The notes beneath the pieces were generated by a model. The model searched no databases. It saw only the letters and a list, made by a program, of their open reading frames with translations, and was not told where the DNA came from. Of a stretch of 64,000 bases of DNA, positions 17,055-26,467 are shown in pieces. Location: positions 6,063 through 70,062 of the forward strand of contig JAFQBT010000094.1 of assembly GCA_017399625.1 (NCBI GenBank). Reading direction: 5' to 3'. Position 1 is the stretch's first letter; the number at the start of each line of letters is the position of its first letter. A program made the translations under genes and the position numbers. Source of the DNA: Oscillospiraceae bacterium. GTDB lineage: Bacteria > Bacillota > Clostridia > Oscillospirales > Ruminococcaceae.

Positions 17055-18157
17055 ATTTTTTGAACGAGAGAATTGAAAAAGCGATTGCTGCGGTAAAACC
17101 CGCAGATAAGGAAATCATGTCCGCCGCAAAGGAAAGACAGGCGCAGCTTGCAAAGCCTCCGGGGAGCCTCGGAGTTCTTGAAGAATTATCAATAAGAGTT
17201 GCCGGAATGACCGGAAAACTCCATAATAAAGCGGAAAAATGCCGCATAATCGTACTTTGTTCCGATAACGGAGTCTGCGACGAAGGCGTTTCCTGCACTC
17301 CGCAGTCCGTAACCCTTTCCCAGACCATCAACCTCACCAGGGGACTTACCGGTGCATCTTCGCTTGCAAAACATTTCGGCGATGAAATCGTTGTTGTTGA
17401 CGTCGGCGTTATGACAGATTATAACTGCCCCGCGGTAATCAACAGAAAAATCGCTTACGGCACAAAGAATCTTTATCTTGAACCGGCAATGACAAGGGAA
17501 GAGGCCGAAAAAGCAATCTGCGTCGGTCTTGAAATGGCAGATAAATGCTCCGAAGACGGTGTTGACGCTATCGGAGTAGGTGAAATGGGAATCGGCAACA
17601 CAACAACTTCCTCCGCAATTCTTTCCGCTTTTACCGGAACTCCCGCAAAAATAACCGCCGGAAAAGGCGGCGGACTTCTTGATGAAGCATATCTCCATAA
17701 AATCGAAGTAATTGACGGCGCCATCGAAAAACACAGACCCGACCCCAGCGACCCCATTGACGTTATTTCAAAAGTCGGCGGACTTGATATTGCCGCCATG
17801 TGCGGAGTTTTCCTCGGCGCTGCAGAACACAGAATTCCCGTTGTAATAGACGGCTTTATCTCCATTGTTGCTGCCCTTTGCGCCGCAAGACTTTGCCCGA
17901 ATGTTAAAGATTATTTAATCGCTTCCCATGCTTCATTTGAACCCGGATACGTTCTTGCCATGAACGAACTCGGTCTTGAAGCGCCGCTTCTTATGAAAAT
18001 GCGCCTTGGAGAGGGAAGCGGCTGCCCGATTATGTTCCGGGTTCTTGATGCGGCTTACGCCATTATGAACGAAATGGCAACTTTTGATGAAGCAAGCATT
18101 GACGACAGCTATCTTGAAGAAATTCGTGTCGGTGATCATTTTACGGTGGAAAGATGA
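17051..18157 (+). CDS. cobT: Nicotinate-nucleotide--dimethylbenzimidazole phosphoribosyltransferase
   Basis: 368 aa. Motifs: LAKPPGSLGVLEEL, GEMGIGNTT, RLGEGSGC. Confidence 0.93.
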   Translation: MNFLNERIEKAIAAVKPADKEIMSAAKERQAQLAKPPGSLGVLEELSIRVAGMTGKLHNKAEKCRIIVLCSDNGVCDEGVSCTPQSVTLSQTINLTRGLTGASSLAKHFGDEIVVVDVGVMTDYNCPAVINRKIAYGTKNLYLEPAMTREEAEKAICVGLEMADKCSEDGVDAIGVGEMGIGNTTTSSAILSAFTGTPAKITAGKGGGLLDEAYLHKIEVIDGAIEKHRPDPSDPIDVISKVGGLDIAAMCGVFLGAAEHRIPVVIDGFISIVAALCAARLCPNVKDYLIASHASFEPGYVLAMNELGLEAPLLMKMRLGEGSGCPIMFRVLDAAYAIMNEMATFDEASIDDSYLEEIRVGDHFTVER

Positions 18158-18696
18158 GAATTTATTTATCCGGCGGAGCCAAAAACGGAAAATCCATGTT
18201 TGCCCAGGAAATTGCAAAAAAACTCTCGTCCGAAGGACATCTCTGGTACCTTGCAACAATGGAACCGAAGGATGACGAGGACGACGCAAGAGTTATCCGG
18301 CACAGAAAAGAACGAGCCGGATGGGGTTTCAAAACTGCCGAATGGGGCAGAAATATCGCATTGCATTGCGGAGAAACAGATTGTAAAGGCACATACCTTG
18401 TCGATAGTGTAACCGCGCTTTTATCCAACGAAATGTTCTGCGGAATGAGCGGCGATATCAATAAATCCGCACCGGAAAAGGTTGCGAATGAACTTCTCGA
18501 TTTTTCCGAAATTGCGGAAAATGTTGTTTTTGTTTCGGATAATATTTTCTGCGATGCGGCTTTTTATGACGAATGGACCGATTCCTACCGAGCGGGTCTT
18601 GCCTTCGTTGACCGTAAAATTGCCGAAAAATGCGACGTTGTTGCGGAATTTTCCTGCGGACAGATTATTTTTTACAAAGGAGCTGAGCTTATTTGA
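18154..18696 (+). CDS. cobU: Adenosylcobinamide kinase / adenosylcobinamide-phosphate guanylyltransferase
   Basis: 180 aa. P-loop GGAKNGKS at the N-terminus and an internal His region (IRHRKER). Overlaps cobT and cobS by 4 nt. Confidence 0.85.
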   Translation: MRIYLSGGAKNGKSMFAQEIAKKLSSEGHLWYLATMEPKDDEDDARVIRHRKERAGWGFKTAEWGRNIALHCGETDCKGTYLVDSVTALLSNEMFCGMSGDINKSAPEKVANELLDFSEIAENVVFVSDNIFCDAAFYDEWTDSYRAGLAFVDRKIAEKCDVVAEFSCGQIIFYKGAELI

Positions 18697-19448
18697 AAAA
18701 ACTGCTTAAGGCATTCTGTATGAGTTTCAGCATGTTCTGCGCAATTCCAACGCCCTTTGCGCATGTCTGGGAAGATTCGGTGCGCTCGCTGATGCTCGTT
18801 GTTTTTCCTTTTGTGGGAATGGTAATCGGCGGGATCTGGTTCCTTGCGGCATTTTTGCTCGAAAAAATCGGTTGTCCTTCGATGTTCGGGGCAGCTGTTC
18901 TTGCGCTTATTCCGTATCTTTTAACCGGCGGAATCCATCTTGACGGATATATGGATTGCTGCGACGCGATTTTTTCCCGCAGACCTCTTGAAAAAAAGCG
19001 TGAAATCCTCAAGGATTCCCACGTCGGTTCCTTCGCCGTTGTGGGTCTTGCAATTCTGATGATTTTCAGTTTTGCTGCTTTCGCATCTGCCGATGGAAGT
19101 GAAAATATGCTTGCGCTTATTTTCATCTGCATGGTTTCAAGAGCCTGCAGCGCCATCGGAGTTTCAACCCTTCGTCCCATGGGACACAGCGAATATGCCG
19201 GAAACTTCCAGCAGGGAATCAGCAAAGGCAATATCACCGCTCTTTCGGCTATCCTTGTTCTTTCGGTTGCGCTTTCATATTTTATCTGCGGCGCTGACGG
19301 AATCGTTTCCTGCTTTGCAACCGCTGTGGGCTATGTTTTTGCAACATCCTATGCTTTTAAAAATCTCGACGGTTTTTCCGGCGACGTCACCGGTTTCGGA
19401 CACACCATCGGCGAACTTTTCGGAATTATTGCACTTACTGTTTTTTAA
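18693..19448 (+). CDS. cobS: Adenosylcobinamide-GDP ribazoletransferase (cobalamin synthase)
   Basis: 251-aa polytopic membrane protein. HLDGYMDCCDA and GFSGDVTG motifs are typical of CobS. Confidence 0.9.
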   Translation: MKKLLKAFCMSFSMFCAIPTPFAHVWEDSVRSLMLVVFPFVGMVIGGIWFLAAFLLEKIGCPSMFGAAVLALIPYLLTGGIHLDGYMDCCDAIFSRRPLEKKREILKDSHVGSFAVVGLAILMIFSFAAFASADGSENMLALIFICMVSRACSAIGVSTLRPMGHSEYAGNFQQGISKGNITALSAILVLSVALSYFICGADGIVSCFATAVGYVFATSYAFKNLDGFSGDVTGFGHTIGELFGIIALTVF

Positions 19449-19458
19449 GGAGAATTTT

Positions 19459-19836
19459 ATGGAACTTATAATCGGCGGCGCTTTTCAGGGCAAAACCGCT
19501 TTTGCAAAAGAAAATTTCAGAATTTCCGATGATGAAATCTTTATCTGCAATAAGGATTCCGCTCCGGAATTCGATAAAAAATGCATAAGCCATATCGAAC
19601 GTTTCAGTTTCTGGTGCGTTGAGCACGGAATCGAACCGGCGGATTATTTTTTTGAGCACGTGGAAAATATCGGCGAAAAAATCATCATTTCCGACGATAT
19701 TTCCTGCGGTGTTGTTCCAATAAACAAGACCGAACGAGCATGGCGCGAAGCAAACGGAAGGCTTCTTATAAAACTTTCGAAAGAAGCTGAGCACGTTGAA
19801 AGGATCTTTTGCGGACTTTCCCAGAGGTTGAAATAA
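19459..19836 (+). CDS. Short CobU/CobP-family paralog
   Basis: 125 aa. Degenerate P-loop GGAFQGKT. The C-terminus ISCGVVPINKTERAWREANGRLLIKL resembles the CobU C-terminal segment. AAGGAGAA RBS. The track ORF start at 19072 is inside cobS. Confidence 0.65.
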   Translation: MELIIGGAFQGKTAFAKENFRISDDEIFICNKDSAPEFDKKCISHIERFSFWCVEHGIEPADYFFEHVENIGEKIIISDDISCGVVPINKTERAWREANGRLLIKLSKEAEHVERIFCGLSQRLK

Positions 19837-19837
19837 T

Positions 19838-20437
19838 ATGAGCACCATTTATCTTTTCAGACACGGAATCACCGAAGGCAACAAACGCCGCCTTTATTAC
19901 GGAAGCACCGATCTTCCGCTTATCGAAGAGGGAATTGCGGCAATCGATACCCGAAAAAGAGCGAAAATTTATCCCTTTTACCACGATATCAAGGATTTTC
20001 TATTCGTTACAACGGATCTTATCCGCACCGAGCAGACGCTTTTTGAAATTTACGGCGAAATTGAGCACGAAACCGACCCGCGCCTTCGGGAATTCAGCTT
20101 CGGCGATTTTGAAATGCTCAGCTATGAAAATCTGAAGGACAGGGAAGACTATCAGGCATGGATCACCGGCGACAACTGGCGCAACGTTTGTCCAAACGGC
20201 GAAAGCGGCGAAATTATGCTCGAGCGTTCCCTTGTTGCGATGAAAGATTACATTGGCAAGGACTGTTTTATCGTCTGCCACGGTGGCGTTATTGCCGGAC
20301 TTATGCTCACATGGTTTCCCGGCGACGAAACCGCCGAGCATTTTTACGCCTGGCAGCCGAATCCCTGCGAAGGTTATAAAATCGAATTTGACGAAGATCT
20401 TAAACCGGTCAAATACGAAAAAATAAAGCTTGAATAA
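19838..20437 (+). CDS. cobC: Alpha-ribazole phosphatase (histidine phosphatase family)
   Basis: 199 aa. RHG motif (LFRHGITEGN) and a second His (VCHGGV). Operon context supports the call. Confidence 0.85.
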   Translation: MSTIYLFRHGITEGNKRRLYYGSTDLPLIEEGIAAIDTRKRAKIYPFYHDIKDFLFVTTDLIRTEQTLFEIYGEIEHETDPRLREFSFGDFEMLSYENLKDREDYQAWITGDNWRNVCPNGESGEIMLERSLVAMKDYIGKDCFIVCHGGVIAGLMLTWFPGDETAEHFYAWQPNPCEGYKIEFDEDLKPVKYEKIKLE

Positions 20438-20445
20438 AAAGGAAA

Positions 20446-20470
20446 AGACCCGCTCCGCGGGTCTTTTTTT
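20446..20470. terminator. Bidirectional terminator between cobC and the convergent anti-sigma gene
   Basis: AGACCCGC (20446-20453) pairs with GCGGGTCT (20457-20464), flanked by an A-run and T7. Confidence 0.85.
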
Positions 20471-21166
20471 AATGATATCTGTTTTCACGGAATTTTCCGT
20501 AATCCGAAAAATCTTCGACTTTTTCAATGCTTTCCATAGCTTTTTCAATAAATTCATCATCACAGCCCGTTGCCGTTATTTTAAATATATAGTATCCGTC
20601 CGACCAGTAAATCTGTTTTATTGAACCGCTTTCTTTTCCTTCCGGAGTGAATACGATACAGCGGATTTCTTCGCCGCAGAAAGAAAATTTTTCTTCAGCC
20701 ACATTCATTTTTTCCCCGAATGAAAAACTGTATTCATCGAACGCAAGAACGGAATGCTGACTGAACATAAAAATCTGCTTTTCCTTTGGACTTTCCCAAT
20801 AAAAATAGCCGGAATAGGAATTTGCGCTTGCGTTATATTCATCATCCATAAAAATCATCGGTAAATAATAATCCTTTATGATTTCTTCTGCATCATCCGG
20901 AATATCCACGTCAAATTCAAAAATATAGCTGTCAATCCCTTCGCTTTCATCAAAAAATTCATTGGTGATAACTATATTATTTATCTTGTCATCAAACCAT
21001 CCCAAAGCCCCGGCGGTTACAGAAAGAAGCGCAAGAATAATTATTGCCGCAATAAGCGCAAAAATCTTTTTTGTTCCAAAACGCCTTTTTGCCGGTTCTC
21101 TTGCCTCTGCAATTATTTCCTCATCAATAAGACCGATCGCGTCCATTATTTTATCACCGTTCATAA
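20469..21166 (-). CDS. Putative anti-sigma factor (single-pass membrane protein)
   Basis: Follows the sigma gene with a 13-nt overlap. N-terminus DAIGLIDEEIIAEARE, TM IFALIAAIIILALLSVTAGAL, then an extracytoplasmic domain of about 170 aa. GAAGGTG RBS precedes ATG 21166. Confidence 0.6.
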
Positions 21167-21720
21167 GCTGCACCTTCTTTCTCAAGATGGGATAAAAGCT
21201 TTTTTCTGGTTCTGTGAAGCATTGAAGCAATTTTGCTCCGGCTGAATCCGAATCTTTCCGAAATATCCGAAAGAGAATCAAGATAATAATATCTGCAGAC
21301 AAAAACCTGCCTTTCGGTTTTCGGGAGCTTTTTAAGATATTCTGATATCATTTCCGCAAGTTCCTTTGTTTCGGCTTCGTGAACCGGCGAGCTTTCCGAC
21401 GGAACGCATTCTTCAATTTCCTCAAACGCAATTTCAGCTTCTCCGCCGCCGCGCTTTTTTGCAATATTATTCCGCCGCTTGTTGAGCGAAATATTGCGGG
21501 TAAGCCTGCTCAGGAACGCGGAAAAAATCTTCGGTTTTTCCGGAGGAATTGTGTTCCATGCGCTCATATAAGTATCGTTAAGGCTTTCTTCCGAATCCTC
21601 ATTATCCGATAGAATGTTGAAAGCGATTTTATAAAGATAGTTTCCGTATTTTTCCGCGGTTTCGTAAATTGCGGATTCATCACGTTCAAAATAAAGCCCG
21701 ATTATTTTTTCATCATCCAA
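21154..21720 (-). CDS. ECF-type RNA polymerase sigma-70 family factor
   Basis: 188 aa. Region 2 (YLYKIAFNIL...DTYMSAW) and a region 4 HTH (LPKTERQVFVCRYYYLDSLSDISERFGFSRSKIASMLHRTRKKL). Confidence 0.85.
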   Translation of the reverse strand: MDDEKIIGLYFERDESAIYETAEKYGNYLYKIAFNILSDNEDSEESLNDTYMSAWNTIPPEKPKIFSAFLSRLTRNISLNKRRNNIAKKRGGGEAEIAFEEIEECVPSESSPVHEAETKELAEMISEYLKKLPKTERQVFVCRYYYLDSLSDISERFGFSRSKIASMLHRTRKKLLSHLEKEGAAYER

Positions 21721-21774
21721 AGAATTTCACCGCCCTTCAATAATAAAGTAACCGTTTGCGGAAAAATTTTGCAT

Positions 21775-21806
21775 AAAAAAGCCGAAAAGGGAAGACCTTT
21801 CCGGCT
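21775..21806 (-). terminator. Terminator after the TIM-barrel gene
   Basis: Imperfect GCCGGAAAGG/CCTTTTCGGC hairpin, followed on the minus strand by TTTTTT. Confidence 0.6.
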
Positions 21807-21812
21807 TTTCTT

Positions 21813-22781
21813 TTATATTCTTCCAAGCGCTTTCATCTGGATGAGCACTTTTTCAAGTTTTTCTTCCTTTGTTTTTGCGGAAATTTCGTGGGTTACGTAT
21901 TCCGGTTCAACAAGCTCAAGGATTTCCTGAACTCTCGGGCTTTCAAAAGGCTGGTGTTTATCAATATTAAGAATAATGTCGTAACCCTGGGCCCAGCGTT
22001 CATAAAACTCCTCTTTCGGAGTAATGTTAAGGGTTTTGTGATGCTGGATATATTCACCGGTGGTGGATTTATGGAGGTGGAGCGCCTTGAAATATTTTGC
22101 AATCTCGCCGTGATTTTTTACCGTTTCGAGAACAAAATCGATTCCCTGATCCTCGGTATAGATGTTCTGCGGAGCGCACATAAGGTGGCCGGTATCCATA
22201 AGGATTCCCTTGTTTTCATAATCGGTGAGCTCAAGCATCAGAGCAGTTTCTGCGGGCTTTAAAAGCATCATTCCTGGGGTGAAGAGATTTTCAAACAGCA
22301 GCTTGAAATGGTAGTTTTTGCCCCTTGTAAGCTCGTTGACGATCTCCGCAACGGCGCGGATAACTTCTTCGTCGGAATGTTCCCATTTATAGCTTATAAC
22401 TTCCTCGTTGGAAACGTCGTTTACGTGGAAAACAACGTATTCAGCGCCGATGGCTTCAGCATATTCCATATCCGCACGATAGGGAAGAAGGAATTCCTCG
22501 CGGTTTTTTGCCATGTAATATCCTTCCCAGATCTCCCTTGTTCCAAAATGACGTTCAAGGTTCGGGATATCGTTTCTCCAGAAATCGAGCCATGCAGGAT
22601 AGAAGAAAAGATGAACGCCGATTACGTTATCCTTATCATAAATTCCGGTGGTATCTTCGCCGCCGCGGATAACTTCGCATCCGTCGCAAAGGCAATCGGA
22701 AATGAATTTGTTCATTCCTTCTTTTCCGTTATAATCCTGAAGCCACTGATTTTCGCTTACTACGTTTACAATATGTTTCAT
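21813..22781 (-). CDS. Xylose-isomerase-like TIM-barrel protein (sugar phosphate isomerase/epimerase family)
   Basis: 322 aa. Alternating beta/alpha pattern with conserved His/Glu/Asp positions (VVFHVND, LFENL, MDTGH, LHLH) typical of AP-endonuclease-2/TIM-barrel proteins. Confidence 0.6.
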   Translation of the reverse strand: MKHIVNVVSENQWLQDYNGKEGMNKFISDCLCDGCEVIRGGEDTTGIYDKDNVIGVHLFFYPAWLDFWRNDIPNLERHFGTREIWEGYYMAKNREEFLLPYRADMEYAEAIGAEYVVFHVNDVSNEEVISYKWEHSDEEVIRAVAEIVNELTRGKNYHFKLLFENLFTPGMMLLKPAETALMLELTDYENKGILMDTGHLMCAPQNIYTEDQGIDFVLETVKNHGEIAKYFKALHLHKSTTGEYIQHHKTLNITPKEEFYERWAQGYDIILNIDKHQPFESPRVQEILELVEPEYVTHEISAKTKEEKLEKVLIQMKALGRI

Positions 22782-22889
22782 TTAAATCACCCGAAGATAT
22801 TATACTACAAAATCGAAATAATAAAAAGAGCCCTTTGCCGAAAAAATGGGGCAGAGGGCTGTTCCGATTTTGCTGATTTCTGAATTTTG

Positions 22890-22920
22890 AAAAAAAAGAA
22901 CCGCAACTGATGTTGCGGTT
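22890..22920 (-). terminator. Terminator after tRNA-Val
   Basis: AACCGCAAC/GTTGCGGTT 9-bp stem with a 4-nt loop, followed on the minus strand by T8. Confidence 0.85.
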
Positions 22921-22926
22921 TAAATC

Positions 22927-23003
22927 TGGTGGGGACAATAGGACTCGAACCTATGACCCCCTGCTTGTAAGGCAGGTGCTCTAACCAGCTGAGCTATGCC
23001 CCC
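22927..23003 (-). tRNA. tRNA-Val (anticodon UAC), CCA encoded
   Basis: Minus-strand sequence GGGGGCATAGCTCAGCTGGTTAGAGCACCTGCCTTACAAGCAGGGGGTCATAGGTTCGAGTCCTATTGTCCCCACCA. It has a 7-bp acceptor stem, a D loop, the anticodon loop CTTACAA and a GGTTCGAGTCC T arm. Confidence 0.95.
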
Positions 23004-23016
23004 AGACGACTTACTT

Positions 23017-23045
23017 ATTATAACCCATAAATTTATAAAAGTCAA
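23017..23045 (-). promoter_or_regulatory. Consensus promoter of tRNA-Val
   Basis: Minus strand: TTGACT (23045-23040), 17 nt, TATAAT (23022-23017). The -10 lies about 14 nt upstream of the mature 5' end. Confidence 0.75.
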
Positions 23046-23078
23046 GCCTTTTTTTGAAAAAATTTCAAAATTTTTAAA

Positions 23079-23828
23079 TTATTTTTTTACAGCCGCAATA
23101 ACCGCTCTCTGGCTGTCCCGGCGAAGGGGAAGGAAGCTATCCTCATCGAATACCGCTTTTACTTCAAAACCCGCATCAGAAAGCCATTTTTTGAGATCCT
23201 CGATCTCGTATGCTCTTTCGGAAAAATCGCTGCTGTAACGGCAATAAAGTCCGTCGTTTTCGGTTTTATCGAAGAAATCAAGGGATATATCAACGGTAAC
23301 GCCGTCTTTATCAAGACTGTTTTGCCATGCGCAGAAGGTTTTTCCGCTTTCATAAACAAAGCAGTTGTTCGCAAGAACTTCCTGATGCTTATAAACGGTG
23401 TTGACGTCAAAAACAAAAACTGCGCCGCGGTTCGAAAAAAGGGAAACCTTCCTGAAAATATCCTGAACTTCCTCTTCATCGAGAACGTGGTTTATACTGT
23501 CAAGTGCGCAGACTGTTGCATCGATGGTTCCGAAAAGATCAAGTTCGCTCATTTCCTGGCAAAGGAAAAGAACCGAGCTTTCGAGCATTTCTTTCTTTTC
23601 CATTGCAACGGAAAGCATTTCATAGGAATTATCCACCGCAACAATATCATATCCGAAAGGCTCCAACTCGAAGCTGAGGGAACCTGTTCCGCAGGCCAAA
23701 TCGAGCATAAGCTGGGCATCCGGATTATATTTCTGGATAAGAGCATCAAAATATCTCGCTCTTGCTGGGTAGTCCACATTTGAGGTGAACTTATCGTAAA
23801 ATCTTGCAAAATCGCCGTAATCGCTCAT
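23079..23828 (-). CDS. Class I SAM-dependent methyltransferase
   Basis: 249 aa. Motif I LDLACGTGSLS and a post-I acidic residue (VAVDNS). Confidence 0.85.
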   Translation of the reverse strand: MSDYGDFARFYDKFTSNVDYPARARYFDALIQKYNPDAQLMLDLACGTGSLSFELEPFGYDIVAVDNSYEMLSVAMEKKEMLESSVLFLCQEMSELDLFGTIDATVCALDSINHVLDEEEVQDIFRKVSLFSNRGAVFVFDVNTVYKHQEVLANNCFVYESGKTFCAWQNSLDKDGVTVDISLDFFDKTENDGLYCRYSSDFSERAYEIEDLKKWLSDAGFEVKAVFDEDSFLPLRRDSQRAVIAAVKK

Positions 23829-24127
23829 TTTTTCTCCTCAAGACGGTTGAAAACAAGGATATATCCTCCGCAGGAATCGTAATCTTCGGAAAGGGAACGG
23901 TTGACGCGGCTTATGGTAGCGGTGGAAGCACCGGTTTCTTCAACAATATCGCTGTAAACCCTTTTATCCACAAGCATTCTTGCAACATGGAAACGCTGGG
24001 AAAGGGTTTTCAGTTCCGGAACAGTGCAAAGATCGCGGAAAAAGCTGTAGCATTCCTCCTTATTTTCAAGGGTAAGAATAGCTTCGAAAAGTTCTTCAAG
24101 ACTTTCGTCCTTAAGACGGCTGTTCAT
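23825..24127 (-). CDS. TrpR-like YerC/YecD family protein
   Basis: 100 aa. LFEAILTLENKEECYSFFRDLCTVPELKTLSQRFHVARML...ETGASTATISRV is the YerC/YecD signature. Confidence 0.85.
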   Translation of the reverse strand: MNSRLKDESLEELFEAILTLENKEECYSFFRDLCTVPELKTLSQRFHVARMLVDKRVYSDIVEETGASTATISRVNRSLSEDYDSCGGYILVFNRLEEKK

Positions 24128-24356
24128 AAAAGAAACACTCCTTTACACTTTAATGCGCTGAATTATCTCAGCTTTTTAATTTTAACACTTTAGTATGTGA
24201 AAGTCAATGAAGAAACCGAAAATAAATTATTAATAAATATACAAATTTAAAGGTGCATTTTTGGATATACAAACAAATCGATTTGTGATAAAATATCCGG
24301 TATAGGGCAACGCCTTTTCGCGTATTATTAAAAAAGCGAAAGGGGAGTGTTCTTTT

Positions 24357-25073
24357 TTGAAATATGTTATAATGAAAGCGGTTCTTCTTACCGTTTCGGC
24401 ATTTTTTATTGTTGCCGCGCCGTTTTTATATTTTCCGGATGCATCCGCTCCGGTTTCTTCCGGAAATATAAGCGAAAACAGCCTTATCCTTCTTGATGCG
24501 GGACACGGCGGTGAAGACGGCGGCGCAATCGGAGTCGGCGAAATCATCGAAAAGGATCTCAACCTTTCCATAACCCTTAAAACCGCAAAGTTTCTTGAAT
24601 TTTTGGGTTACGAAGTCGAATTTACCCGGAAAACTGACAGAATGACCTGCGACGAAAATCTCCGGAATCAGCGGGAGCGTAAAGTTTCCGATATAAAAAA
24701 CCGCTTTGAGCAGATGGAAAAATCGCCTTGTCTTTGCGTAATTTCAATTCATCAGAATTTTTTCGGCGGCGATGCAAAAGGTGCGCAGATTTTTTACGGC
24801 GGAAATAATCCCGAAAGCAAGGCTCTTGCAGAATCGCTCCAGAGCGGGATTTCGTCAATGCTCCAGCCGGAAAACAACCGGGTCATAAAACAGGCGACAA
24901 AGGATATTTATATTCTTTATCATACAACCAAACCGGCTGTTCTTGTTGAATGCGGTTTTATTTCAAACAGCGCCGAAGCCGCAATGCTCAGCGATGAAAT
25001 TTATCAGAACAAAATGGCTTTTTCAATAGCCGTTTCTGCAGCAAAACATCTTACCGAAAGGGAAGTTCAATAA
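24357..25073 (+). CDS. cwlD: N-acetylmuramoyl-L-alanine amidase, CwlD-like (germination-specific)
   Basis: 238 aa. N-terminal TM, then LDAGHGGEDGGAIG, ISIHQN and VECGFISN (amidase_3 zinc ligands). Confidence 0.8.
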   Translation: MKYVIMKAVLLTVSAFFIVAAPFLYFPDASAPVSSGNISENSLILLDAGHGGEDGGAIGVGEIIEKDLNLSITLKTAKFLEFLGYEVEFTRKTDRMTCDENLRNQRERKVSDIKNRFEQMEKSPCLCVISIHQNFFGGDAKGAQIFYGGNNPESKALAESLQSGISSMLQPENNRVIKQATKDIYILYHTTKPAVLVECGFISNSAEAAMLSDEIYQNKMAFSIAVSAAKHLTEREVQ

Positions 25074-26467
25074 TGGAAAAACTCAAAAAAATCTTTGTCT
25101 GTTCCGAATGCGGATACGAAACTCCGAAATGGATGGGAAAATGCCCCGAATGCGGAGAATGGAACACTTTTATTGAAGACGTCCGTGCGGAAGAGGGAAA
25201 TTCAAAACAGAAAACCGCCGGTCTTATAATCGGTGAACCGGAAGCGGAAACAATTTCGAGTATCTCCGACGTTGATGCGGAAGATGAGTTCCGGTATATA
25301 ACCGGAATAAAAGAGCTGGACAGAGTTCTCGGCGGCGGAATTGTAAATGGTTCCGTAATCCTTCTCGGCGGCGATCCCGGAATCGGAAAATCAACAATGC
25401 TCCTCCAGATCTGCGGAAAGCTTGCGGAAAAGATGAAAATCCTTTATGTTTCCGGCGAGGAGAGTAAATCCCAGCTCAAGCTCCGGGCAAAAAGACTTGG
25501 CGTTGACAGCAAAAATCTGCTCATCGCACCATATACCGACATAGGTCAGGTGGTCAACGCAATCAGTTCCGAAAAACCGGATATGGTTATGGTGGACTCC
25601 ATCCAGACCATGAGTTTTTCCGGAATCGCATCCTCCAGCGGAAGCGTTACCCAGGTCAAGGAATGCACTTCGATCCTTACAAAAGTCGCCAAAAAAGCCA
25701 ATATTCCGGTTCTCATCGTCGGTCACGTCAACAAAGACGGCGCCATCGCCGGACCGAAAGTAATGGAGCATATTGTCGATACGGTTCTTCATTTTGAAGG
25801 CGAGCGCACCATGAGCTACCGCATTCTCCGTTCCATCAAAAACCGTTTCGGTTCAACTAACGAAATCGGAATTTTTGAGATGAACGAAAGCGGACTCCAT
25901 GAGGTGGAAAATCCCTCCGTCGCGCTTCTTTCCGAAAGACCGACAAACGTTTCCGGCACATGCGTAAGCTGTATTATCGAGGGAACAAGACCCATTTTTG
26001 CGGAAGTTCAGGCGCTTGTTTCAAAAACCGGTTTCGGCGTTCCGAGAAGGACTTCCACCGGTTTTGATTTCAATCGCACCGCACTTCTGATTGCGGTGCT
26101 CGAAAAGAGAGCGGGTTATTATTTCGGAAGCATGGATACCTATATCAATGTAATCGGCGGTCTTAAACTGGACGAGCCTGCGGCGGATCTTCCGGTTGCA
26201 ATTGCGCTGATTTCAAGCCTTACTGATACTGTTGTTGACAGCAGCATCGTCGCTTTCGGCGAAATCGGCCTTGGCGGTGAACTGCGAAGCGTTTCCAACA
26301 CCGAAATCCGCATCAAAGAGGCGGAAAAACTCGGTTTTACCGAAATAATTCTGCCGTCCCAGTGTCTTAAAAAGCTGCGTGCCGAGGATTATAAAATAAA
26401 ACTCACCGGGGTTGCAAGCATCGGCGAAGCATTTTCTGCAATCCGTAAAAAAGAGGTCAGAAACTGA
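25073..26467 (+). CDS. radA: DNA repair protein RadA/Sms
   Basis: 464 aa. Zinc ribbon CSECGYETPKWMGKCPECGEW, Walker A GGDPGIGKST, KNRFG motif and a Lon-like C-terminal domain. Confidence 0.96.
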   Translation: MEKLKKIFVCSECGYETPKWMGKCPECGEWNTFIEDVRAEEGNSKQKTAGLIIGEPEAETISSISDVDAEDEFRYITGIKELDRVLGGGIVNGSVILLGGDPGIGKSTMLLQICGKLAEKMKILYVSGEESKSQLKLRAKRLGVDSKNLLIAPYTDIGQVVNAISSEKPDMVMVDSIQTMSFSGIASSSGSVTQVKECTSILTKVAKKANIPVLIVGHVNKDGAIAGPKVMEHIVDTVLHFEGERTMSYRILRSIKNRFGSTNEIGIFEMNESGLHEVENPSVALLSERPTNVSGTCVSCIIEGTRPIFAEVQALVSKTGFGVPRRTSTGFDFNRTALLIAVLEKRAGYYFGSMDTYINVIGGLKLDEPAADLPVAIALISSLTDTVVDSSIVAFGEIGLGGELRSVSNTEIRIKEAEKLGFTEIILPSQCLKKLRAEDYKIKLTGVASIGEAFSAIRKKEVRN

